Assembly (NCBI GenBank): GCA_964016885.1
Contig: OZ024755.1
Span: 36,270,001-36,334,000, forward strand
DNA length: 64,000 nt
Direction: 5' to 3'
Source of the DNA: Eledone cirrhosa
Taxonomy: Eukaryota
Positions within the stretch are counted from its first letter, which is position 1. Each line of letters begins with the position of its first letter. The position numbers were made by a program, and so were the translations under genes. Under the pieces are notes generated by a model that saw only the letters and a program-made list of their open reading frames with translations, was not told the DNA's origin and searched no databases. Below are positions 52,593 to 64,000 of this stretch, in pieces.

Positions 52593-52740
52593 ACGTACAA
52601 AATGTGAGTCGTTGTGACCGTGGTGGTTTACTATAGTTGACTATAAAAATATTATTTTAGATAAAATCTTATATTTTTTTAATCCAAATGAAAATAAAAA
52701 TTACATGTTGACAGTCGCTAGAGCAGACAGATAGACAAAG

Positions 52741-52750
<10 letters not shown>
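51857..52750 (-). mobile_element. Non-autonomous Helitron-like element
   Basis: Minus strand ends in a short hairpin CCAGGGAATGCTGGG followed about 8 nt later by CTAG; CA-rich interior; the other end runs into (TA)n. Confidence 0.45.
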
Positions 52751-52799
<49 letters not shown>

Positions 52800-52801
<2 letters not shown>

Positions 52802-53020
52802 AGAATAAGCTTTTTTTTTCAAATGAAAAAAAACAAGATGTCCTACACGAGTGAAAGTATAAGGAAAAAGATGAAATCGAAAATGCAACTGGAGTCTTTT
52901 TAAGAATATTTATTTGTTTCCTTTACCGAAGCACAAGAACTGTGAAACCGGTAAAGGAAACAAATAAATATTCTTAAAAAGAATCCAGTTGCATTTTCCA
53001 TTTCATCTTTTTTCCTTATA
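52800..53020. mobile_element. Family C fold-back copy (about 71-bp arms plus about 57-bp tail) in (TA)n
   Basis: 52858-52928 pairs with 52949-53020; the spacer is the 3' half of the hammerhead (AAGCACAAGAACTGTGAAAC). Confidence 0.8.
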
Positions 53021-53202
53021 TATATATATATATATATATACATAGATGCACATGCATACATTTGTATATATAAAAGAGTGAAATTGGTAATGTCGAAACT
53101 TGCAGAAAATCATACATAGACAATGATTAGGATGGAAGAAGAAAAATGTAGTTTTGTTTGGGATTTTCTGAGAAAAAATAGGACAAGAATAAAATGAAAT
53201 AC

Positions 53203-53342
53203 CTGTGAATGATTCCCAGACTGTGAAGAAATTCCAAAGCTAAAGTTACTTCTGCAATATAAACAACAGCCATATGTTCATCAAAGAAACCACATACTGC
53301 CAGTAAGTTCTTCATGTCGCCTCCGATCATATATTCCATTAC
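53203..53342 (-). CDS. MASTL: Internal exon of Greatwall/MASTL-like Ser/Thr kinase (hinge to start of catalytic loop)
   Basis: Minus strand reads tttttcag|GTA ATG GAA TAT...ATT CAC AG|gtattt, with canonical acceptor and donor; 140 bp, phase 0 to phase 2. Translation [47 protein letters not shown] matches the Greatwall/MASTL pattern VMEYLIGGDVKSLL..GYFDE.MAV.YISEVALALDYLH..GIIHR, recalled from memory. Confidence 0.88.
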
Positions 53343-54869
53343 CTGAAAAAATATATTTTCAAACAGTTTAAAAATTTAGTATTGACATTACTCTATATTT
53401 ATTATTATATTTTCACAGTAAAGGCTTTACCTCACATAATATCAAATCTATGAGGTTTTGATATTATTTATTTTGACGACAATACCTGAACCTCAGTTGA
53501 GCGGCCATTTTTAACAGAAAGAAGTGAGAGAATTCTGGCCAGATACGGCAGGTTTAAATGCTAAATGGTTAACACATTACTACAAAACAAGTACTAACAA
53601 TCTGAACTATTTAACTCTCATCACATCCCTACAAGGTACACATTACCTGTCACGGTTTGTTTTAAGAGAAATAACTTTACCACTCTTTTTCAACATTCAG
53701 TTGTGTCATAACCGAATGTCTATACTAATATTCCCTGTAACAATAAATTATGAAAATGACAAAGATTTTAAAAATAAAATAAATACACCATCCTTGCAGT
53801 GTTGTTAAATAATATTATGCAACTAGAATTTTTTTTCCATACACTGACGTGTATGTGCGTGTATGTGAATATGCACACATATGTATGAGTATATAAATAT
53901 AAACATGCAAACAGACATGCTTCCAAAAATACACTCACAGACATACATTCACACAAATACACACATACATTCACACATTTACACTCACACACATCCATTC
54001 ACACACTCACACATACACATACATTCATACATTTACACAAACACACATACATTCACACATTTACACAAACACACACAATCATCATACATTTACACAAACA
54101 AACATACACTCACACACAGCGTAGCTTTTCATCACCCCCTTCCTTCCTTTTACACACACACACATTCACGCAAGCAACAGAGGTGAAGAGAGAGGAGTAG
54201 TAAGAGGTAGTCAAACTACTCCTCTCTCTTTATGTGTTGTGACAGAATCACAGAAATTTATATATAGATAAGGCAGTTCAAAATAACATCAAGTTGGTTT
54301 GTATTCTTAAAGTTGAGAGATCGAACACAGAGGTTTTGGCATATCTTGAAGATATGTTGGTTGCATGTCTTAAGGCAGCATTTGCTCTAACTCTCTCTGC
54401 CCAGAGTTCGATACCTGCCACAGTCATCTTTTTGCTTTTCATCATTTCAAGGTTGATAAATAAAGTACCAGTTCAATGCTGGTGTCAATTCCTCCCCCCT
54501 CTCTCCTCTCTCTGTCTCAGCTGTTCAGACCTGGAGACAGATGGGCTCCCCCACATTTAAAAAATTCTTAAGTCATACAGTATGTCCCAACCATACCCCT
54601 ACAACTCCATCACAAGTTGCAAGGCCCATGGAATGGCTTTATACACACGCAGCTGAATCTTTAGACAACATTGTAGCATTAACAATGCAAGCAGTCCATC
54701 TATTGCTCACCACGTATGTAACTTTATAAACAAACTGACTAGCAACCTACTGGCCAATCACATGCCTTGTTTCATACAACCTATAGGTTAACATAAAATA
54801 TGTGTGTGAGATTTTTGTGGATTTAAATCACCAAAAATAACCCAGGAAAAGTTATCTGCTGAATAAGTA

Positions 54870-55195
54870 ACAGCTGTATGGAAGTGAAACATGGACGCTT
54901 TTATCCAAACAACAAAAGCACCTTGATGTCACTTACAGTCGCCTGCTTCAACACATTCAGAACATAAGCTGGCGACATCTGCCTTTGAGAGAGATGTATG
55001 CCTGCCTCCCACACATATCTGTCGTACGTAAAAGGAGAGTAAGATTTGCTGGACACTGCCATCGTGCCACCTCTGAGGCTGTGTCCCCATTAATGCTTTG
55101 GAAACCACAAGCAGCCACTAATAACAGGGGGCACAAGCTCTCCTATCTCGATGTCATCTCCAGAGATTCTGGTATTGAAATCCAGGACTTGGCAA
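54870..55195 (+). mobile_element. Old RTE/RTEX-like LINE C-terminal fragment
   Basis: LYGSETWTL..YSRLL..NISWR..RRVRFAGHC.R. Confidence 0.65.
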
Positions 55196-55409
55196 TTCCA
55201 CACAGCATAGTTTGTATCTGCTTCAGAAGGCAGTGCCTCGCGTCCCTTTAACTCCATTGGGGTTAAGATAGGAGTTCAAGCTATGGGTCTGGGAGTATTG
55301 ATAAGATTGACAAGATACTGCTAATCCTATCACCAGCACAAGCAACAGTTATAAGCTATATCATCATCATCATTTAATGTCCATCTTCCACGCTAGCATG
55401 GGTTAGACT

Positions 55410-56720
55410 ACATCATCATCATTTTACGTCTGCTTTTCCCTGCTTGCCAGGGTGGGACGGGTCCTATTCAGCACAGCATCTCTCCACTTGTCACGGTCCT
55501 TCGTCATCTCCTCCTTGAGTTTCAGCGATCTGAGGTCTGCTCTCACCACCTCCGCCCATATTTTTTGTGGTCTACCTCTACTGCGTCTTCCTTCTACTGG
55601 TATTTCTTGGCACTTCTTTACCCAGCCGTCATCCTACATGCACATCACATGCCCATACCATCTCAGTCTTATCCCTCTTATACACAGTTTGTCTCTCAAC
55701 TCATCTATGCTTGGTCATTACACATCCACCGGAGCATGCTTGATTCATTTCTCTCCAGCTGTCGCATATCCTCTGCAGTTGCTGCCCATATCACACAGGC
55801 ATCATCTAACCGGCCTTTCGCTCATAGGGAGAAACCCTTTGTCAACAGAGGAAGCAGCGCCCTAAACTTCTTCCAACCCATCCTTATTCTAGATACTATG
55901 GCCTCGGAACACCCCCTCCCATGCTAATCTGATCACCTAGGTATCGGAAGCTATCAACCACGTCTATAGAACCCACCTGCATTGGAAAAATGTGTCTATC
56001 ACTGCGATTACTACTGTTAACTTTCCCTGTACATCTACTGCATACAGAGTTTTCTCTACCTGTTAGTTTGCTTGCTATCCCACTACATCTCTTGTGTACC
56101 CAAGATCTGCATTGTGTACATTTTATAGAATTTATGCCAGTTCCTTTTCTACATATTGAACATGACCATTTTCCTGATGGAATCAGAGTTTTGTCCTCTT
56201 TTCTACTTATCAACACTTTAGTCTTAGCTAGGTTCACTCTCAATCCTCTTGATTCCAACTGCTGTTTCCATAGCCAGAATTTATTCTCTAGCTCCTCTAC
56301 TGATTCTGCTATAAGAACCAAATCATCAGCATAGAGAAGTTCTTATGAGCAGCCAGTCTTAAACTCCTCTGTTATGGCTTGGAGGACTATAATGAACAAG
56401 AGCGGGATGACCGAACCCTGATGTACTCCTAGTTGTATCTGGAATTCCTCACTAAACTACATTCCTACTCTCACTTTACTGACAGCACCCCTGTACATAG
56501 CTTGCACTGTCCTCACAAGACATCCTCTACACCTAGTTTCCTTAGGAACCACCAGATGACAGATCGGGGTACCCTATCAAAGGCCTTCTCTAGGTCAACA
56601 AAAGCTAAGTATAGTGGCTTGTTCTTCTCTAAGAACCTCTCTTGTAGTTGCCTCACTAAGAAGAGGGCATCTGTTGTACTTCTCCCAGGCACAAAACCAA
56701 ACTACACCTCATCTAGTTTG
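55410..56720 (-). mobile_element. RTE LINE (second subfamily), decayed
   Basis: RT motifs (FVDLEKAFDRV, LLYADDLVL, FRYLG), Cys-rich insert, frameshifts. Confidence 0.88.
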
Positions 56721-58190
56721 ACCACATAGTAATTTGTTCTCTGTGTTTTTTTTCAATTGCTGATGACAATTTGTAATCAATACTTACACAGACCTCCTCT
56801 TATACCACAACTCTAATAAGGACCTTGAAACTACCTGGAATCCATATTGGATTATCTTGGAAGTACACTGAATTTTTTAACTGCTTTCATGTTGCACCAA
56901 TATTCTGCAATTTTTCCTTTTCTTTTACCCTAATTCCTATTTTTATTCTTACTTTCTTTTGCTCTCTTCTCCTCTACCTCACTTCCCTCATCTTCCCCAC
57001 CCATCTTCTTTTTTTGGGGGAGGGGGGTCTACTTCTCGCCCCTTCTCATCCCCTATTTTATCGTTCCTTTTTTCAATAAAGAACTAACATCCGAAATATC
57101 AAAGGTATGCTTTTGACTCCCTTTCCTCTGTTAAACTAATTAATGTTAATCATAATTTGTCCTCTCTCTCTCTCTCTTTTTAATGTTGTGATACTTTGGT
57201 CTTTCACACTATACATTATATCATCATCATCATCATCATCATCATCACCACCATCATCTTTATTGCACATCTGTTTTACGATGGTTGCATGGGTTGGTCT
57301 GGTCTTCTAAAGCACATCTTCCCTCTACTTGTTACATTCCTATGCCAGGTTCAACATGTTAACACCAGCTTTCATCACCTCCATCCAGGTCTTCCTATTC
57401 AGCAGCTTCCTTCCACTTGTATCTCCTGGCATTTCTTCATCCAAAGGTCATCATCCAGATGCACCACATATCCGTACCAGTACCAATTTTTAGTTTGCAC
57501 ACTGCATCTGACTCTTCTTATGTTCGGGTTTTGGGGGGATTTGGGGAGGAGGGCATCCTTCCTACACAGCTCATCCATGCTACATCATTGATACACACCA
57601 ACATTACAATAAGCTGTGGAGGCACATGGCTCAGTGGTTAGAGCATTGGGCTTGCAATCGAAAGGTTGTGAGTTCAATTTTCAGACTGGGTGATGTGTTG
57701 TTTCCTTGAGCAAGACACTTTATTTCACATTGCTCCAGTTTACTCAGCTGTAGAAATGAGATGATAGGGACTGGGGTCCCTATCATTCCACTGTAAAGTA
57801 GTCGTGTAGGCGCCACGGAAAAAGCATCCAGCACTCACTGTAAATGAGGTTGGTGTAGAAATCAAGCCAGAATCAGTTCCTGTCCCACCCTTGCAAGCAG
57901 GGAAAAGTGGACGTATGATGATGATGTGGGTTGGTGGTTGATATCCTACCAACTAGTTACAGCTAGAATGTATCACTCTGTATAGCCTAGTTTACATAGA
58001 TGTTGAGGAATCACAAGATGGTATAGCTTTAACATACAGCCTTTCACCCGTGTTTGTACTGTGGAGTCCTAGTCTTCTATTGGGAATGGTAACATTTTTT
58101 CAAGAGAAGTGTGGGGTGTTAGATGAATAACATCTCTAAGGGTACTTTACTTGATTTCCTCAACTATTACTTATAGTGCTCAACTATTAT

Positions 58191-58636
58191 TGTAACCCAG
58201 TACAACCTGTCGCATGGTCGGGTCGTCAGCGACTAAATCAGCAACCCCACCAAGTTTACTTGGTGAGGAGAGTGATTTTGGACACCCTGCAGGACAAAAA
58301 ACAAAACCTGACAAAGGGCGGAAGAACTCATAAGAGTCAACGACCATCTAAAAAAAGATTCCTGCCAAATCAATGGGTGGCAGTAGTTCCTGCTGCACAA
58401 TTCGGAAGACTGGTGTAGTGGTTCTAAGAACAATGTGGCTTTGCAGATGATCAATGCAAATTGACAATGGAAAGGTACTCCCGCTCGAGTTAGAAGAGAA
58501 CTATTGACTCTCAGGAGTAGCAGCGACTCCTGATTGTATTGAAACAAATATAAAGTACACCAAATCCAATGCTCCTAGGGGTGGGCCTGGTTCTTCTTAT
58601 TTGTGAGTGTAAACTCGGCAAGATTAGATTAGATTA
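58191..58636 (+). mobile_element. Short non-autonomous retroelement: HDV-like head plus (AGATT)n tail
   Basis: Head shared with reverse 16480-16632; tail shared with 12763-12896. Confidence 0.6.
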
Positions 58637-59544
58637 AATTGGGACGGACATATTTCAAATTAATGCCGTACATGCTGGTGTACAAGTCAATCCTGTGCGT
58701 AGGTTGAACCATAAAATTCTGAAATGTAATTCAGGTTTAGGCCTATATTCGCCGGGTAAGACAACCCCGAAAAAACAAGACAGTACCATCTGCCCAACTC
58801 TAGATGTGCCTGCCATTCTTAAATATTACTTTAAATAGACTTAACAAATATGAGATTCAGTAGGAAATAATTGTGGTGAGCTGCTAGAGTTATGGCAAGT
58901 GATGTACAACATGTGTTAGGCAGGCAGTTTCACTGTTTACACTTCAGTGATAAAGGTTCACATTTTATATTCGTCAGACAAGTTGATCCCTGGTTTTGGA
59001 GAGATATTTTTAAGCTCCAAATGTCGACTGATCATCATTATCATCATCATCGTTTAACATCTATCTTCCACGCTAGCATGGGTTAGACAGGAAATGTCCC
59101 ACTTGAGGCAAGGACTATCTGGCAGGTTTTCTACGGCTGGATGCCCTTCCTAACACCAACCACATTTACAATGTGGACTGGGAGCCTTTTTACCATGTTT
59201 CCTACACGACGACTTTACAGTGTGGACTGTGTGTTTTTTTTATCATTTAGTTTTTTTTTTATCTGTTTAGTTTGGACTGGATGTAGTGGTACCACCATAA
59301 CTTTACAGAGAAAGGGTGGTGTTGGTGGGAGTGGGAGGATGGAGTAGGGTTAGAGGGTTGGTTATTGTACAGTGACATATAAAGTAATTATATTTGCTCA
59401 TGACACTACAATGTGTGTGGTATTTTACTGTTTTCAATAATATGGGGTTTATTTTCATTCTGACTCCTCTTGTAAAATACACAGATGATGCAGAAACTAA
59501 TGGCAACATGTTTGTTGTGACTGGATGATGGTGAGGAATAAAGA

Positions 59545-60745
59545 CGGACATAGTATCTAGAATAAGGACGGGTTGCAAGAAGTTTAGGGAGCTGCTTCCT
59601 CTATTGACAAAGACGGGTTTCTCCCTATGAGCGAAAGGCCGGTTAGATGATGCCTGTGTGAGATGCGCAATGCTGCATAGTAGTGAGACATGGGCAGCAA
59701 CTGCAGAAGATATGCAATGGCTGGAGAGAAATGAAGCAAGCATGCTCCATTGGATGTGCAATGTCAATGTGCGTGAACCTCCAAGCATAGACGAGTTGAG
59801 AGAGAAACCGTGTATAAGAGGGATAAGTTGTAGTGTGCGAGAGAGAAGACTGAGATGGTATGGACATGTGATGAGTTGAGAGAGAAATTGTGTATAAGAG
59901 GGATAAGTTGTAGTGTGTGGGAGAGAAGACTGAGATGGTATGGAGATGTGATGAGTTGAGAGAGAAACTGTGTATAAGAGGGATAAGTTGTAGTGTGTGG
60001 GAGAGAAGACTGAGATGGTATGGAGATGTGATGAGTTGAGAGAGAAACTGTGTATAAGAGGGATAAGTTGTAGTGTGTGGGAGAGAAGACTGAGATGGTA
60101 TGGAGATGTGATGAGTTGAGAGAGAAACTGTGTATAAGAGGGATAAGTTGTAGTGTGTGGGAGAGAAGACTGAGATGGTATGGACATGTGATGAGTTGAG
60201 AGAGAAACTATGTATAAGAGGGATAAGTTGTAGTGTGTGGGAGAGAAGACTGAGATGGTTATGGACATGTGATGAGTTGAGAGAGAAACTGTGTATAAGA
60301 GGGATAAGTTGTAGTGTGCGGGAGAGAAGACTGAGATGGTTATGGACATGTGATGAGTTGAGAGAGAAACTATGTATAAGAGGGATAAGTTGTAGTGTGC
60401 GGGAGAGAAGACTGAGATGGTATGGACATGTGATGAGTTGAGAGAGAAACTGTGTATAAGAGGGATAAGTTGTAGTGTGTAGGAGAGAAGACTGAGATGG
60501 TATGGACATGTGATGGGCATGGAGGATGACCGCTGGGTAAAGAATTGCCAAGAAATCCCAGTAGAAGGAAGACATAGTAAAGGAAGACCACGAAAAACAT
60601 GGGTGGAGATGGTTAGAGCAGACCTCAGATCGCTGAAGCTCAAGGTGGAGATGTCGATGGACCGTGACAAGTGGAGAGATGCTGTGCTGAAGAGGACCCA
60701 TCCCACCCTTGCAAGCAGGGAAAAGCAGACATAAAATGATGATGA
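59545..60745 (+). mobile_element. RTE LINE 3' part with 80/81-bp internal tandem amplification (about 9 units)
   Basis: AMLHSSETW..RRLRWYGHVM repeated with period 80 (59881, 59961, 60041, 60121); then GRPRKTW and tail. Confidence 0.9.
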
Positions 60746-61300
60746 TGGAGATGATGACAGTGAAGATAATGATGATGAAGAAGAAAATGATGATGATGGT
60801 GGTGGTGGTGGTGGTGAAGATAATGATGACAAAGATGATGATGATGATGAAGCTTATGATAATTGCAAAGGTGATAATGATGAAGATGATGGTGATGAAA
60901 GATGTTATAGGAGAAAGAGAAGGAGGAGGAGAAGGAGGAGGAGAAGGAGGAGGAGGAGGAGAAGGGGGAGGAGAAAGAGAAGGAGGAGGAGGAGAATGAG
61001 GAGAATGAGGAGAATGAGGAGGAGGAGGAGAATGAGGAAGGGGAGGAGAATGAGGAGGGGGAGGAGAATGAGGAGGAGAATGGGGAGGAGGAGGAGGAGA
61101 ATAAGGAGGAGAATGGGGAGGAGGAGAAGGAGGCTGAAGGCTATGATGATAAGGAAGATGATGATGATAGTGTTAGTAAAGAGATTGATCATGATGATGG
61201 TGATGACAACGAAGGCGATAGTGATGGAGAAGAGACTGAAGGAGATTGTGATGATGGTGATGATAGTGAAGACAATAGTGATGACCATGATGATGATGTC
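60746..61300. repeat. (GAT)n/(GGA)n low-complexity tract
   Basis: Seen directly. Confidence 0.9.
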
Positions 61301-61549
61301 AGCAAGGACGATAGTGGAGAAGAGCGCGAAAGTGATGTAGTTTAGTAAAGTTAATTATTCTCAGCTCTCCACACCTAGTTTTCTACATTAACTAGCTTCA
61401 ATTCTATTTGTTCAATAATCTATTCCTATATAATATTCTCTGCAAACATTACAGAAATTTACAACATATTTCTATATTTCTAGCAGAATTGTTGGCAATG
61501 TAGCAGAATTGTTAGAGTGTAGGACAATAGAAATGTCTCATAGCATTTG

Positions 61550-62100
61550 TTCTGGCCCTCAACACCTCGAGGTCAACTCTATTTGTCTGGCCCTCAAAAC
61601 CTCAAAGTCAACATTACCATTCTGGCCCTCAACACCTCAAAGTGAACATTACCTTTCTGGCCCTCAACACCTCAAGGTCAACTCTACTTGTCTGGCCCTC
61701 AACACCTCAAAGTCAATATTACTTTTCTGGCCCTCAACACCTCAAGGTCAACCCACCGTTCTGGCCCTCAACACCTCGAGGTCAACTCTACTTGTCTGGC
61801 CCTCAAAACCTCAAAGTCAACATTACCATTCTGGCCCTCAACACCTCGAGGTCAACCCACCTTTCTGGCCCTCAACACCTCGAGGTCAACTCTACTTGTC
61901 TGGCCCTCAACACCTCGAGGTCAACTCTACTTGTCTGGCCCTCAACACCTCAAGGTCAACTCTACCGTTCTGGCCCTCAACCCCTCAAGGTCAACATTAC
62001 CATTCTGGCCCTCAACCCCCTCAAGGTCAACATTACTATTCTGGCCCTCAACACTAAGGTCAAATCTACCGTTCTGGCCCTCAACACTTTAAGGTCAATA
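61550..62100. repeat. About 35-bp degenerate minisatellite
   Basis: CTGGCCCTCAACACCTC(A/G)AGGTCAAC.. about 15 units. Confidence 0.88.
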
Positions 62101-62180
62101 TGCCATTCTGCCTTTCATCATCATTTTTATGTTGAACTTTCTATGCTGGAATGGATTGGTCAACACTTTTTGAGACAATA

Positions 62181-62812
62181 TTTTATAGCAGGGTGCCCTT
62201 CCTTGTACCAAATCTTTTAGACACTCCTTACTACCTGCAGGGATATGCTGTGCCTATTCTTTTATAGCAGGGTGCCCTTCCTTGTACCAAATCTTTTAGA
62301 CACTCCTTACTACCTGTAGGGATATGCTGTGCCTATTCTTTTATAGCAGGGTGCCCTTCCTTGTACCAAATCTTTTAGACACTCCTTACTACCTGCAGGG
62401 ATATGCTGTGCCTATTCTTTTATAGCAGGGTGCCCTTCCTTGTACCAAATCTTTTAGACACTCCTTACTACCTGCAGGGATATGCTGTGCCTATTCTTTT
62501 ATAGCAGGGTGCCCTTCCTTGTACCAAATCTTTTAGACACTCCTTACTACCTGCAGGGATATGCTGTGCCTATTCTTTTATAGCAGGGTGCCCTTCCTTG
62601 TACCAAATCTTTTAGACACTCCTTACTACCTGCAGGGATATGCTGTGCCTATTCTTTTATAGCAGGGTGCCCTTCCTTGTACCAAATCTTTTAGACACTC
62701 CTTACTACCTGCAGGGATATGCTGTGCCTATTCTTTTATAGCAGGGTGCCCTTCCTTGTACCAAATCTTTTAGACACTCCTTACTACCTGCAGGGATATG
62801 CTGTGCCTATTC
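62181..62812. repeat. 79-bp tandem repeat, 8 near-identical units
   Basis: TTTTATAGCAGGGTGCCCTTCCTTGTACC.. at 62181, 62260, 62339 and onward. Confidence 0.93.
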
Positions 62813-62997
62813 TAAACCAGATACAACATTGATAAAATAAAGTATCTGTTTAGGGCAGGGGAAACGCTTTCTCTATTCTGTACGCCGGGGCCAATTATGA
62901 GAGATGGGGAAAGTGGGTAGGCAGAAGCAAAAATAGTGGGAGTTTGATGGTTTTTTTGTGTTCGGACCTGGTGTGTATATGAAAGTGTATATGAGGT

Positions 62998-64000
62998 CGT
63001 ATATACCTGATGTATATATGACCTGGTGTATATATGTGTATATACCTGATGTATATATGACCTGGTATATATATGTATATATACCTGATGTATATATGTA
63101 TATATACCTGGTGTATATGTGTATATACCTGATGTATATATGTATATATACCTGGTGTATATGTGTATATACCTGATGTATATATGACCTGGTGTATATA
63201 TGTGTATATACCTGATGTATATATGACCTGGTATATATATGTATATATACCTGATGTATATATGTATATATACCTGATGTATATATGACCTGGTGTATAT
63301 ATGTGTATATACCTGATGTATATATGACCTGGTGTATATATGTGTATATACCTGATGTATATATGACCTGGTGTATATATGTGTATATACCTGATGTATA
63401 TATGACCTGGTGTATATATGTGTATATACCTGATGTATATATGACCTGGTGTATATATGTATATATACCTGATGTATATATGACCTGGTGTATATATGTA
63501 TATATAACTGATGTATATATGACCTGGTGTATATATGTATATATACCTGATGTATATATGACCTGGTGTATATATGTGTATATACCTGATGTATATATGA
63601 CCTGGTGTATATATGTATATATACCTGATGTATATATGACCTGGTATATATATGTATATATACCTGATGTATATATGTATATATACCTGGTGTATATGTG
63701 TATATACCTGATGTATATATGTATATATACCTGGTGTATATGTGTATATACCTGATGTATATATGACCTGGTGTATATATGACCTGGTGTATATATGTGT
63801 ATATACCTGATGTATATATGACCTGGTATATATATGTATATATACCTGATGTATATATGTATATATACCTGATGTATATATGACCTGGTGTATATATGTG
63901 TATATACCTGATGTATATATGACCTGGTGTATATATGTATATATAACTGATGTATATATGACCTGGTGTATATATGTATATATACCTGATGTATATATGA
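62998..64000. repeat. 36-bp TA-rich minisatellite (runs off the window)
   Basis: TATATGACCTGGTGTATATATGTGTATATACCTGATG with variants. Confidence 0.92.

Overview
Eukaryotic, AT-rich, repeat-saturated genomic DNA. The SINE/LINE/microsatellite content looks like an octopod cephalopod (inference). The only host coding sequence I can support is one 140-bp minus-strand exon of a Greatwall/MASTL-type kinase (53203-53342). I found no neighbouring exon, so most of the window is probably one very large intron. The rest is LINE fragments (RTE, CR1, Tx1/L1, Dong/R4), tRNA-derived SINEs, TTAA-flanked piggyBac-type MITEs, Helitron-like pieces, microsatellites and tandem arrays born inside retroelements. 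Nearly all supplied ORFs are repeat artefacts. The most interesting signal is non-coding. At least three unrelated families of short fold-back elements sit in (TA)n tracts and carry minimal type-I hammerhead ribozyme motifs with palindromic stem III, typical of Penelope-like retroelements; one family has a compensatory U3-A8 core. There is also a short internally deleted RTE-derived element with a decayed HDV-like ribozyme fold at its 5' end. All structures were paired by eye and none has been tested. Repeat boundaries are approximate.
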